DNA of 64,000 bases from Octopus vulgaris (taxonomy: Eukaryota). This document shows, in pieces, positions 1-12,919 of the stretch. The position numbers and the translations under genes are program-made. Every line of letters begins with the position of its first letter. The stretch's first letter is position 1. The stretch spans positions 57,412,001 to 57,476,000 of the forward strand of contig OX597825.1 in NCBI GenBank assembly GCA_951406725.2. Reading direction: 5' to 3'. The notes beneath the pieces are model-generated. The model did no database searches and was not told the origin of the DNA. It was given only the letters and a program-made list of their open reading frames with translations.

Positions 1-1500
1 GATGCCTCTTGAAACATCCAACTTCTGCAGTAATGGCTCGAGAGCCAGCATGTACAGAAGGGGCAAGAGTGGGCATCTTTGATGAACTGAATATGTGATG
101 CTAAATGAAAAGTGGCCATTAACTTTGGCCACTGAGCAGATGTCGCTATACACTGCAGCAATCCAGCCTCTGAAAATGGGACCGAAGCCAGCTACCTTCA
201 GGATAGCCACCAAGTATTCATGGTTGACCCTATCAAAAGCTTTCAATTGATCCAAATTGATCAGGGCCCCACCCATGCCAGGTTCTTTACATACCCTCTC
301 TATGATGTATCATGTGACGTGTAGGTTGTTGTGGTTAGATCTGTTTGGGATAGCACGTGTTTGCACATCACTGACCAGTCTGGCAACAACAAGTGCCAAC
401 CTCTTCACTAACACCTTGGCCAAAATCTTGTAATTTGTGTTTAGCAGAGTTACGTGCCTAAAATTATCGATAATGTCCATCCCCCTTGTTCAGGTCCTTT
501 CCCAACAACAACACTAAGCCTTGGCTCACTGAACTGAGAATTCTCCTGTTCTGTTGCCAATTGCAGTAGTCTGGCATATGAGTATAAAACTCAAAGGGTA
601 GACCATCCAAACCCAGAGACCTGTCCCTTGTGCAGCTAGACATCGCTTCACAAATATCTTTGGCTGTTATTGGCATTTCGCAGAACTCAGCATTCCTGGT
701 TGAGAGTCACAGTAGGCCATTAAGGTAGGAGGTGAAATCCAATTCCATCTTCATGCCACCATGTGCCCCATACAGTTTAGCGAAGTGCTGCCAAAATTCT
801 GCACACATCTGCTTGGACTCGTCTGTCATGCGACTGTCCTGCAACGTCAAAGATCAAATTGTGGTTTTGTTTCTACATTTTGTCTCTGTCACCCAGGCCC
901 ATCGAATGGCTTTCCTTCCCTCATATTTTGGAGCATGCACCCTAGCTCTGACAACACAACCTTCATGCTTGGAGTTGAAGAATTGGTCAAGTGCCAATCT
1001 TGTCGCCAGCACGTCGGTTGCTATGCCTTTACTAAGTGCCTCTTCTAGTGTCCTAACTAGGTCTCCTTCTACTCTAGACTTCTCTATCACTATTTCTTTG
1101 CTAAACCCTAATGCCTCTACTTTAATTGCCCTTTTCAGAGCTACACATCATAGGTTGTTGATGACAGCATTCATCAACTTTCGATAGACTAACCTGCTAA
1201 GTCAGTTTCTGAAAGCTTGGTGTGCCAAGGACACATCCAGCTTCCAGTATCCAGGGCCCTGCCTTAGAAGTCTATTTAGATTGATTGTACAGATCAAAAT
1301 TTTGTGGTCTGTGTAGCTGACAACTTTAAATTGTGGACATCCTATGTCAGCTCTGTCTATTGGCCTACAAAACAAACTTGAGATCCAGTCCTTTCTGAGC
1401 AGCACTACCACCCCACCTCCCATTCCAGGCCGACTAAGAGATGTGTAAGTCTCTAAATCGTCCAACATGGGAGCAATAATCATGTTAAACACTAGGGGAA
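1..1500 (-). mobile_element. Tx1/L1-clade LINE ORF2 remnant (endonuclease to RT), frameshifted
   Basis: Minus-strand frames give GPGYWKLDVSL (1202-1492), GCVVRARV (854-1090) and GLDGLPFEFY (464-676). Sequence near 230-270 reads LINLDQLKAFDRV. These are typical Tx1-like ORF2 motifs. Confidence 0.85.
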
Positions 1501-2684
1501 TAAGGAAGTAGGAGGGAGCTACTTACTAAAGTTTTGTTGGGGAGAAGTGGTGGTTCATTCTTCATCCCTCTCAATGGATGTGGGTGTTTCCCCCCAGCAA
1601 GTTGTTGTAAAGTCTTTTGTTACATGACTTTTGAAAATCCCTTACAAAGTCAGGATATTTATTTTTTAAATGGCAGTAAGTGGTCTCTGTTGTTTCAATT
1701 ATTTTTATGTGCTGTGGTATGTTAGTGTTAACTCTTGATGCAACAAGTGTGCTTTAGTTAATGTCTATGTAATGTTGAATGTCTTGCATTAATGTCTTGT
1801 TTTCTGTGTTTACGGCAGTCAAGTTGATAATTTCTTGTTTTTGTTTGTTTGATGGATTGTTGTTTAACTGTTGTGTGTGTAAATTAAACAGCGTTGGCGA
1901 TGGTTGCAGAGATAGTGATGGTGTTATTAGTGTCGGCTGTGTCAATGGAACTGTTGTTGGGAATGGTGTGTTATTGTTGCTGCTACTATTATCCATCTCT
2001 TTGTGTTTAAACCTACCAGTCTGTTCTACTGGGGGTGATTTTTTTGTCTTCTTTTCTTTCCTTTAGTGGGGACAACTACTTGCCAATTCTGTTCCTCCTC
2101 ATCCCCTTCATTTTTGTGGTCTGAAAAGGGGAGGGGGATGTCTTGTGGAAATTTTTGAATTCTTTATTGAAATTGTTGTTGTAGTTGTTTTAGGGTTTCC
2201 TGATTGCTCTGAATATGTGAGGGGCAAGTCTTACAGAGGTTTTTGTGGTTTTTCTGTTGATAAATTTTGTGCTGTTGTTTTGGGGAATCCTGATGCTGTT
2301 GTTTTTACTGCTGTCGATGTTGGTTGTTTCTCTGCTGTTGTTTCCATTATTGTTCTTGGAATTGTTGCTGCTACTGCTGTTGGTGCTTCTGTCATCGCAG
2401 ATTCTGCTACTACTGTTAATGTTGCTTTTGCAGCTGTAGCTGCCTGCTGCTGTAGCTGCCTGCTGCTGTAGCTGCCTGCTGCTGTTGTTGTTGTTGTTAA
2501 GCAACAAGACGGGTAAGGGTGATTAGGTGATGGTCTAGGGCTTAGGGACAGGAGACCCCAGACCTTGGAAAAAAAAACTTTGGTCGTCTTGTTGAAGTCG
2601 AGGGCTCTTCATTAACGCCTGACACTACTGGGGGATGGCCCTTGAAGTTACTGGAAATGGAGATCTCCAGGTCCAAATTCTTGG

Positions 2685-2736
<52 letters not shown>

Positions 2737-3055
2737 TTGTTGTTGTGGTTGTGGTGGTGGTGGTGGTGGTGGTGGTGGTGGTGGTGGTGGTGGTGGTGGT
2801 GGTGGCAAAAGTGCAGGTCTCTCTTCTTTCTTTTGTTGTGGGCAGAAAGCCTTTAGATGGTTTGTGTTCCTGCACAAGTGACATCTTGGCTTTCTGCCCT
2901 CAACAGTCACGTGTAGCTTTGACCCATCTGGTAGGCTTAAATAATCTGGGACATTTTCCATACTTTGCTGGTCAGTTTGTATTAGCAGTTGCATCCCCTG
3001 ACCTAACCAGTTCTGCTTGTGAATCTTATGGATTTGCAGAATATGTTTCACATAA
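1500..3055 (-). mobile_element. Tx1-like LINE ORF1 remnant with CCHC zinc knuckle and expanded polyP/polyQ tracts
   Basis: ORF 2542-3051: VTVEGRKPRCHLCRNTNHLKAFC (CX2CX4HX4C), directly upstream of and on the same strand as the ORF2 remnant. Confidence 0.7.
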
Positions 3056-3106
3056 TAGAATTAATAAAAAATAGAGAAAATGTAATTGGTATTCTAATCT
3101 TTATAT

Positions 3107-3192
3107 AACTTACACATGTTTCAGTAAATTGACTGACAAGTTTACATAATTGTTTGGTGAAATTGTATTATCTTGATTCACCTCATCAGTTT
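3107..3192 (-). ncRNA. Degenerate type I hammerhead-like motif (Penelope-like terminus)
   Basis: Minus strand: CTGATGA-ggtgaat...atttact-GAAAC-atgt-GTA. Stem I pairing is poor. Confidence 0.5.
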
Positions 3193-3568
3193 TGTCAGTG
3201 AAAAATTACAAAGAACAGTGTTAAGTTTGCTCAAAATACACATTAAATTACACACAACATCAATGGTATGGCAGAATATAGGGCAGCAGAGAGCTAAGTA
3301 GTAGGATGGTATAAATAGAAGATAGAAATGGTTGATGTGAAGAGTGTGGTGAAGGGCGTGGTCCCTCTTAATATATTTAGGCAGATACACATAAATACTT
3401 GTACACAGTCGCAACTGTGCATATATATATATGCACATTAAAGATGAGAGAAAGAAAAGATATATCATGAACTGACACAGATTCTATGATAACATCAACA
3501 ACTTAGCCAGAATGACAATAACAATAACAATATCATCAACTACAATATAAGTAGCCACTGTCATATAT

Positions 3569-3778
3569 TACTCTTTTACTTGTTTCAGGCATTTGACTGC
3601 GGCCATGCTGGAGCACTGCCTTTAGTCAAGCAAATCAACCTCAGGACTTATTCTTTGTAAGCCTAGTACTTATTCTCTTTTGCTGAACTGCTAAGTTACA
3701 GGGATGTAAACACACCAGCATCGGTTGTCAAGCGATGTTGGGGGGACAAACACAGACACATAAACATATACACACACA

Positions 3779-3856
<78 letters not shown>

Positions 3857-4027
3857 CATATATACGACGGGGTTCTTTCAGTTTCTGTCTACCAAATCTA
3901 CTCACAAGGCTTTAGTTGGCCTGAGGCTATAGTAGAAGACATTTGCCCAAGGTGCCACGCAAGGGACTGAACCCGGAACCATGTGGTTGGTAAGCAAGCT
4001 ACTTACCACACAGCCACTCCTGGGCCT
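3569..4027 (-). mobile_element. tRNA-derived SINE family A with internal microsatellite
   Basis: Minus-strand head ggagtggctgtgtggtaag (A box) ... gggttcagtccc (B box), internal (TA)/(TACA)n; many near-identical copies in the window. Confidence 0.9.
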
Positions 4028-4952
4028 TATCCTTTGATAAGTTCATAATATCAGCTTCAAAGAACCTGGTCTTAGGAAGATGAAGCCTTTGTGCACACAC
4101 CAGCCTGAACATTGTCTGTCTGAAGATGTACAAGGCCCAGAGCAATATCGTGGAATACATGTAATAGTGCACCTTTCTGTGCAATGTAAAGTGGATCTTC
4201 TATAATTGTGTACTAAATAGACCTTACTGAACCTGATGGACTATTGTAAAACATTCAGATCATCTACCATTGTTTATGTAAATACACGTGTGTGCATGCA
4301 CGTGTGTGTGTGAATGCATGTATAGCTTCTCATTCACATGGTTTTGGGTTCTGTTCTACTGCATGGCACCTTGGTAAGTGTCTTTTTTACTACAGTCACA
4401 GGCCAATGGAAGCTTCCTAACTGAATTTGATAAAAGGAAAGTGAAAGAAGACCATTGCATATGTGTGTATATAGTATATAGTATATATATATATATTATA
4501 TATATCCCTATTCTTATTGTATACATACATACATACATACATACATACATACATACATACATACATACATACATACATACATACATACATACATACATAC
4601 ATACATACATACATACATACATACATGCATGCACATACTTACATACACACACACATGTATATGTATATAATAAGAATAGGGATTTAAGGAATTGAACAGA
4701 GTCCACAGTAAGCTCTCCACTTTGATGGCTAAGAAAAAAGACTAAAATATAATCTCACAGTTATTCTGTCCAAGAATTGCAATTCTGGAGACTATATATA
4801 AAAATTGATCAGATAAGAGAAGAGAAGTGAGAGTATACATGTTTATTTCATTACCTGGCAGCTATTTCATAATCTGTGTCATTTGAAAAGCAATGCTACA
4901 TCATCTATCACACATATATAAATGAGTGTACATATGAATACACACACGCACA

Positions 4953-5015
<63 letters not shown>

Positions 5016-5144
5016 TTAATAAAATGTAAGATCCAGGGATCAAGGTGTAGGAAGAAAGTTAGCTTCAATCAATCTGTAATAAATGTAAAAAAAAACAACT
5101 TTCAGGGACAATGGTGGTTTATTGAGATGGAAGGTTGTTGATCT

Positions 5145-5400
5145 TTTTCGTATCCAAGTATGATAAACCGGAAAATGTTCTTTTTATATTTCCCGGTAGA
5201 TGACCAGGGTTGCCAAGTGTATGAATAAGAATACAAGAGTTATGGAATGGAGTAGATAAGATCCAGGCTACATATGTTTCATAGCGAGTGGAACCTCAGA
5301 AGTGGTGTATACCGTAGGCTATTCTTCAGTCCAAGGATTGACCCGAAGAGAAGCCTGCAGTATATGCCTCGCTTGGATATTTACCACTACCTTGGATTCC
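5145..5400. mobile_element. Non-coding hammerhead-bearing element (same family as the 49427-49870 palindrome)
   Basis: Aligns by eye to 49430-49545 and to the reverse complement of 49700-49870. Minus-strand CTGAAGA-atagc...gctat-GAAAC-atat-GTA at 5266-5332. Confidence 0.7.
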
Positions 5401-5770
5401 TTATGAGTACTTTGGGTGCCTTACTCTACCCTGGCTCACTTATATGTGCCTTGAATACCCTATATATATCTTAAGGCCTTATATATGCCTTGCATGTACC
5501 TTGAGTGCCTTATATATGGCTTGAGTGTTTTATACATACTTTATGTGTCTTAAGTGTACTTTGATTGACTTTTATATGCCTTGAATGACTTATATGTCTT
5601 GACTGTCTTACATATGCCTTGAGCATCTTGCATGTACCTTAGGTGCCTTATTTGTGCCGGGAATAACTTACATGTACCTTGGAAGCCTTACATGTACCTT
5701 GACTGGTTTATATGTGCCTTGAGTGCCTTATATATCTTGAGCGCCTTATATTTTATGTTGCCTTATGTGT
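5400..5770. repeat. Degenerate ~20-bp minisatellite (atatgtgccttgagtgcctt)
   Basis: Repeated tgccttga/tgcctta units visible directly. Confidence 0.85.
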
Positions 5771-6353
5771 CGGAGTAAAGCATGAAGAAGCAACAAGGTA
5801 AAAGAATCTTAGAGTGTTGGTCTAAATGTCATTAAATATTTAGTTATACTCTTATATTTTATAAGTTAAAATCCTTCTAGGGTTGATTCAATATTCCATT
5901 GACTCCAGATCAAAGAAATAAATTACAGTGAACACTTTACAAATGATTGGTAATTAAAGCATAATTAAAACAATATAGTTTCCATTACATCTCTTGATAT
6001 AATATATATTTAGGAGCTGACTTGATAAAATATCAGCCATATACTAAGGGTTAATTTATTTGCCTAGAAATTTGTGGAACTTGTGTGCTGATATTAAAAA
6101 ATTATTTTTTTATTTCATGTCCATGTGGATGAAGTCTATAGAATGTATTCAGTCACATTTATGCTTTTTTCTCAAATGTACAGAATTTGTAACAAGTGTT
6201 AGGAATCCTACATTTCATTGCTCTGGTCATCGATAAATAAGTATCAATTATATTTTGGTGTTGAGATGCAAGATGATCTGACTGGCAAGAGAAGGCTTTG
6301 CCTGGTAGATGTCCAAAAATAGTTGCAGGAAATAGTAATAGTGACACATAGCT

Positions 6354-7115
6354 GTGTTACAGGAAAGAAGGCTGAAAAGGAAGACAGAAAGTTTGTTAGT
6401 AGCAGCACATAATCAAGCATTGAGGACTAACTGGATAAATGCCAAGATAGACAAAAATCAGGTAGATTCCCAATGTAGGTTGTGTAAATTGAAGGAGAAA
6501 ATTGTTACTCATATAGTTAGTGAATGTAATATGCTGGCACAGAAAGAATACAAGAAAAGAAATGACAACCTAGGAAGAATAATCCACTGGGAGTTATGTG
6601 GAAAGCTAGGATTTGACCATACTGATAAACAGTATGAACATAAACCTAGTAAAGTGCTAAAAAGTAAGAAATATAAGATGTGGGATTTTAACATTCACAC
6701 TGACAGAGTAATAAAAGCTAGAAGGCCTGATTTAGAAGCAGGAGACAAAGAGAATCGAAAGCACCAGGTAATTGACTTTACAGTCCAAAATGATGAGAAA
6801 GTCAATATAAGAGGTATAGAGAAAATAGAAAAGTACCAGGACTTAATCATTGAGTTACAGAGATTATGGAAAGTGCGAGTAAACTGTATCCCTGTACTTA
6901 TAAGGGCATTAGGAACTATTCCTAAAGATTTGAACAGATGGATAGAGGAAACAGGTATAAAATGTAGTTTAGTGCAACTCCAGAAAACAATATTATTAGG
7001 AACAGCTAGGATACTTAGGAAAGATCTTGGCATCTAAGGTTACTTGTTATAGCTTGATGTTAGGAATTTTTTTCCAAGTCTAATCTGTTGGGCATAAACA
7101 ATAATAATATTAATA
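6354..7115 (+). mobile_element. R4/Dong-like (restriction-like endonuclease) non-LTR retrotransposon, 3' end
   Basis: ORF 6354-7037: CRLC..HIVSEC zinc motif, RRPDL, VIDF, EKIEKYQDL; ends in a (TAA)n-like tail near 7100. Confidence 0.85.
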
Positions 7116-7419
7116 ATGTTCTCTTCCTGCAACATTTTGAAATTACTTTACATTTGACAAGATGGAATTTAGTGGAACTCATCTGACTTGTGGGTTTAAG
7201 ACTGACCTGGAATTCCTGCTGCAAAGTTCATATAATGTCAATGAGCGGATATGTTCACCTCCCCCATATCTAGGTTATCATTTACATTAATCTCTCTCTC
7301 TCATCCTGGTTCCATTGTCCTTGAATTATTTTGTGGATGGATGTCTTTGATCTACAAACAGATTATTGAGTCCTAACAAGGTTACACCAAAGGATGTATC
7401 AGATGTGTAAAGATCTACT

Positions 7420-8810
7420 TTTTGCCTCTTCATAGTTAATTTATTCTTTTATGTTGTCTGCAATACCGAATATACTCTAACAGTAACTTATCTGTGTGTG
7501 TGGTATCATGTCATAGGCTTTCTTATAATGTATCCATGCTATTGTTAAATTTTTCTTTCTAGATTTCACTTCTGCTTTGTATAAGTATAATAAATCAAGC
7601 ATTCCTTTAGCCTTCTTCCTGTAACCTTTTAGTTCTTCTGGCTGTCAAGAAGCTCATAAATGCTTTCGGAGATCATTCCTGTTAACAACTTCCACACTAG
7701 TGGTAAAAAAGTAATTGGTCTATAATTACTAGCTATATTGCTCTTGCTGTTGTCTTTCATAGTTAGGGAGAAGCAGCCAGATCTGTTCTCTCTCTAGTCA
7801 TCAAATCAGGTATTATTCCTCTATTCTGGCAATCCTGAAGCTGTTCCCTCAGTCTCCCATGTATTTTTCTTTAACTAATTTTTCTTTAACCAGTACCCTT
7901 GTACTAAATCTGGGCCTGGAACCCTTTCAATTCAGCACTCTTCCTAACACTTTGCTCATTAATGCACTAGTTAGTTTCAGATCTGGCTGCTTCCCCCTAA
8001 CTACCCCTTTACTCACTTTCTTTAACAATACTGCATCACCATCTCAAATATCACCCCAGAACTTTCTGGCTTCTTCTACATTAGGCTTCTCATCTTCAGT
8101 AGTTTCTTCTACAGTATTCATTTGGTGATAAAATCTTTGGTTTGTCTCATACAATTTGCTTTGTTGATACTGAGCTTTTCTTTTCTGATATCTGGAAAGC
8201 TTACCTGCTATTGCTATGATGTGCTGTTTCAGCTTTTCTATGACTATCCCAAACTCTTTCTCTTTGGCTAAGTACTTTTTCTCAAAGGAAGATTGAAATC
8301 TTGTATTCCCTAACCTGTCTTGTTTCTAGGCTTCTATCCTACTCAAATCTTGTCTTGAAGTCTCCACTTTATTTTCTAATCTTCCTTTCCACATCTGCTC
8401 CTTCCTGTTCATTCCTTGAGTAATACCTAGTCTGCTAATAACTACTACCCCTCCTGCATAAATCAATAAGCTAGTGTCACTTGTAGTTTTAGTACCTATC
8501 CTACTGATAACAGAATCTACTTTTTTGGTAATATCTAGCAACTTTTAATACTGGTAATCATTTTCTTTCGTCTTTACTCATTACTACCTTCAACTTCCCT
8601 AAAATCTGACCTTCCTCACTTAATTCACTGGTGTCAGTTTTCCCTTCCTGATTGGCAGTGCTATCATTTTTTGTTGTAGGCTCTTCTTTGGCTTGAACTC
8701 TATTATTTATGCATCTTGCTTCATCCTGGTTTGTGTTGTTGGCTGTTCTACTTCTTGGGTATTTCTTTTTTAGTTTTCTTGTGATCTCATTTACCTCTAA
8801 TTCTGTCAGC
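7420..8810 (-). mobile_element. R4/Dong-like retrotransposon 5'/RT fragment, opposite orientation
   Basis: Minus strand reads SNYRPITFLPLVWKLLTG (~7680-7730) and AWIHYKKAYDMIPH (~7500-7540); many stops. Confidence 0.8.
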
Positions 8811-8835
8811 AACTCATCATCATCGTCATCATCAA

Positions 8836-9057
8836 GGTGGCAAGCTGGCAGAATTGTTAGTACATTGGGCAGAATCGATAGCATGCTGGACAAAATGCTG
8901 TTAAGCATTTTGTCCATCATTACATTCTGAGTTCAAATTCCATCAGGGTCAACTTTGCCTTTCATCCTTTCATCCTAAAATAAGTACTAATCGAGTACTG
9001 GGGTTGATGTAATCAACTAGTCCCTTCCCCCAAAAATTCAGGCCTTTATTAGAAAGA

Positions 9058-9093
<36 letters not shown>

Positions 9094-9199
9094 CTTCTTC
9101 TTCTTCTTCTTCTTCTTCTTCTTCTTCTTCTTCTTCTTCTTCTTCTTCTTCTTCTTCTTCTTCTTCTTCTTCTTCTTCTTCTTCTTCTTCTTCTTCTTC

Positions 9200-9250
<51 letters not shown>

Positions 9251-9430
9251 CAATATGGTGAGCTGGCAGAATTGTTATCATGCCAGACAAAATGCTTAGT
9301 GGTATTTCACCTGTCTTTACATTCAGAGTTCAGATTCCACTGAGATCATCTTTGCCTTTCATCCATTCGGGGTCAGTAAAATAAATACCAGTCACGTACT
9401 GAGGTTGATGTTACTGACTAGCCCCCTCCA
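8836..9430 (+). mobile_element. Two SINE family B copies flanking a compound (GTT)n(CTT)n(ATT)n microsatellite
   Basis: ggtgagctggcagaa head, gagttcaaattcc B box, gcctttcatcc...aataagtacc central block. Confidence 0.85.
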
Positions 9431-9724
9431 AGAATATTAAAGTATTGACTCATAAAACCTTTAATATAAAACAAAGTATATTGAAGGTTTATAAGTCAAT
9501 ACTGTATCCCACTTTTGTGTGAGTCAATCACTTACAAGTTATCTTTAGAGATATTCTGTAGGACTTAGAGCCAGTTACGATGTTTCGTGTATGAATATTT
9601 CTTTGTAAACAATGCGATTGAAGATAGAAAAATTGGTAATGAGTGTATTTGCATATTTCAGGAGTTATTGCTCCTTCTTCAACACCACATCCAAACCATT
9701 AGCCATCCGCAAACACATTGCTTC

Positions 9725-10157
9725 TGTAACATGGATGAAAGGTCTGTAACACTGGATGGTGCAGCTCTCATCCCTTACATTAAATTATTAATCGAAAGAA
9801 AAGCCAAGACTTCCAAATATCTTCAACAGCATAAATATTTTATTTCTGGATTCGCAATATATACATTCTTCTTCAGGGTGAATCGGTAGCCTAGGAGCTA
9901 GTCGCAGCAGTCAAGTGGAGTGAGCCAAATCCTGTCCGTTCAAGCATAGTGTAGCAATACCATGAAGTGGCAGTTTGAGAGAGCTGTTAAAAATACGACC
10001 ATCCTGTTTGACTGTCAGCGTACAAGAGAGCGATACACGGGAAATTTTGCTGCTGCTAGTTTTCGGCGCATGTGCATGAGGGAACTTCCAGCAGGCCACC
10101 CGGAAGAATCCAACTCTGCGCATGCATGTTGAAGACTTCCAAAATGGCATCACTACA
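9725..10157 (-). mobile_element. Solo LTR (Gypsy-like), 4-bp TSD CTTC
   Basis: Termini TGTAAC...ACTACA; CTTC at 9721-9724 and 10158-10161; homologous copies at 18050 and 28274. Confidence 0.85.
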
Positions 10158-10363
10158 CTTCAATAGCAACTAAGTTTAGCAAAACTATTGGGGAGATAAA
10201 TTTGCATATTAACTCTTTAGCATTTAATCTGGCCATATCTGGCCCAAATATGCTACCTGTTTTATGTTCTAGCCAGCCAGATCCAGCCTATCATATCTTC
10301 CCTTCAATGCTATTCTAAAGATATACAATCACATCATCAAAATTTCAAAGCTATGTGATATGT

Positions 10364-10806
10364 AGGCGTAGGAGTGGCTGTATGTAGGTGCAGGAGTGGC
10401 TGTGTGGTAAGTAGCTTGCTTACCAACCACATGGTTCTGGGTTCAGTCCCACTGCATGGCACCTTGGGCAAGTGTCTTCTACTATAGCCTCGGGCCGACC
10501 AGAGCCTTGTGAATGGATTTGATTGATGGAAACTGAAAGTAGTTCGTCGTATATATGTATATATATGTTTGTGTGTGGGTCTATGTTTGTGTCTCTGTGT
10601 TTGTCCCCCCAACATCGCTTGACAACCAATGCTAGTGTGTTTACATCCCCGTAAGTTAGCAGTTCGGCAAAAGAGTCCGATAGAATAAGTACTAGGCTTG
10701 CAAAGAATAAGTCCTGGGGTCGATTTGCTTGACTAAAGGTCGTGCTCCAGCATGGCCATAGTCAAAATGACTGAAGTAAGTAAAAGAGTAAAAGTGAGTA
10801 AAGAGT
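10364..10806 (+). mobile_element. SINE family A
   Basis: Full-length match to the 3569-4027 family. Confidence 0.9.
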
Positions 10807-11246
10807 AATGCATGGTTAATTAAATACAATGTGAATGAAAAGGCATTAAATTTGACAGAATAACCTGAAGACTAAAGGGTCAAACATATTCATGGCAGCT
10901 GGTACATGCAAATTAATTGCTGGTAGGGACAGTACATTTTGTTAAACAACCATAACATACTACCATGTATATCAAAGGTTTGTAAGTCAATACTCTGTCC
11001 TACTTTTGTGTGATTCAATCACTTGTAAGTTATCTCTATAGATTTTCAATAGAATTTAGATCCAACACTGATAGTTACAGTGTTTTGTTTACAAATATAT
11101 CTGTGTCAACAAGGCAATCAAAGATAGAAAAATTAATATTAGGCGTATATGCATATTCGAGCAGTTATTGATCCTTCTTCAGCAATCACATCCAACCCAA
11201 GAACCATCCACAAACATATTGCTTCAATAGCTGCTAAGTTTACATA

Positions 11247-11356
11247 GGTGCAGGGGTGGCTGTGTGGTAAGAAGCTTGCTTCCCAACCACTTGTTTCCGG
11301 GTTCTGGGCTGACCAAAGCCTTGTGAGTGGATTTGGGACACTGAAATAAGCCCATC

Positions 11357-11404
<48 letters not shown>

Positions 11405-11417
11405 ATGCATGTATATT

Positions 11418-11458
<41 letters not shown>

Positions 11459-11700
11459 TTATGTGTATTTATCTTTGTGTCTTTGTCCCCCTACCATTGT
11501 TTGACAACCAATGTTGGTGTGTTTACATCCCTGTAACTTAGTGGTTCGACAAAAGAGAATGATGGAATAAGTACTAGGCTTACAAAGAATAAGTCCTAGG
11601 GTTGATTTCTTCAACTAGAAAAAAAAATCCCTTTAAAGTGGTGCTCCAGCATGGCTGCAATCAAATGATTGAAACAAGTAAAAGAATAAAGAATAAAAGA
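11247..11700 (+). mobile_element. SINE family A
   Basis: A-box head, internal (TG)/(TA)n, conserved tail ggtgctccagcatggc...gaaacaagtaaaaga. Confidence 0.85.
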
Positions 11701-12167
11701 ATATTTGTAACTTTCAGTGAAGCTATGGAACTCAAGGAAAACAGATTTTTTTGTACATCTTCATAGGCATTCATCTGCACTGAAACCGCATTTTGTTGGG
11801 GATTAGACAGGCATGGAATGAAGTTTGTGGAAGGAGTTTGTCAAAACAAATTGTCATTGAGAGCACACATATTTTCCAAGGCAGATTTTCTCTTGAGCAA
11901 GCTATTAATTAGTCTCATCTTTTCTTTCTTTTATTATTTCGTGTCACTGGACTGTGGGTCATGCTGGGGTACCACTTTGAAGGGTTTAGTTGATCAAATT
12001 GATCTCAATATCTATTTTTTTAAAAAGTCTGTTACTTATTTTATCAGTTCCTTTTGCTGAACTGCTAGGTTACGGGGGATGTAAACAAACCAACATTAGT
12101 TGCCAGGTGCTGGAGAGAGACACAAAGAAATGCACACACATATTTGACTGGCCTCTTCACAGTTTCT

Positions 12168-12385
12168 TATTTCTTTACTGCCCACAAGGGCTACACACAG
12201 TGGGGGACAAACAAATGGATTAAGTCAATTATATCAACCCCAGTGCGTAACTGGTACTTATTTAATCAATCCCGAAAGGATGAAAGGCAAAATCGACCTT
12301 GGCAGAATTTGAACTCAGAATGTAGCAGCAGATGAAATACCGCTAAGCATTTCGCTTGGCATGCTAACGTTTCTGCCAGCTCGCC
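12168..12385 (-). mobile_element. SINE family B
   Basis: Reverse complement begins ggcgagctggcagaaacgttagc; close to the 47946-48178 copy. Confidence 0.9.
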
Positions 12386-12399
12386 TTTTCTTTTCTTTT

Positions 12400-12500
12400 A
12401 TGCTTACAGCACGTAGGTTTCCCAAGCGGTCATCCATCTAAGTACTAACTAGGCTCGATGTTGCTTAACATTGGTGATCAGATGAGAACTGGTGCTTTCA
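12400..12500 (-). pseudogene. 5S rRNA pseudogene (5'-truncated, A-rich tail)
   Basis: Minus strand tgaaagcaccagttctcatctgatcaccaatgttaagcaacatcgagcctagttagtacttagatggatgaccgcttgggaaacctacgtgctgtaagc matches eukaryotic 5S rRNA from about nt 20 to the 3' end, followed by aaaagaaaagaaaa. Confidence 0.9.
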
Positions 12501-12919
12501 CAGTTTCTGCTTACCAAATAAATTCACAAGGTGCTTACCAAATACACTCACTGGTCGGGAACTATAGGAAAAGAAAATTGCTCAAGTTACCCACAGTGGG
12601 ACTGAATCCCCCAAAATGTGGTTATGAAATGAATATCTTCACCTCACTGCCATGCTTTTGATAAATTCACTATTAATTCAATAGGCTAATAAATACATGT
12701 AAAAATTTATCACTGAAATACTTCAGAGTCACAGAAATAGTGAGATAGTATTTAAAAGGTAGAGGCATGGTTCTGTTGTAAGAAGCTTGCCTCCCAACCA
12801 CATAGTTCTAGGTTCAGTCCCACTGCATGGCACCTTCGGGAAGTGTCTTCTACTATAGCCTTGGGCTGATCAAAGCCTTGTGAGTGGATTTGGTTGATGG
12901 AAAATGAAAAACCCGTCGT

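Larger units (their letters stand above)
11925..12660 (-). mobile_element. Older SINE family A copy split by the 5S-SINE insertion
   Basis: Tail half at 11925-12160, head half at 12500-12660. Confidence 0.7.

Noticed and set aside
10364-10460. tRNA genes at SINE heads
   Set aside because: A/B boxes are present but there is no full cloverleaf and the sequence continues into SINE body.
12400-12500. Functional 5S rRNA gene
   Set aside because: Lacks the first ~19 nt and the oligo-T terminator, has an A-rich tail and is not in a tandem array.
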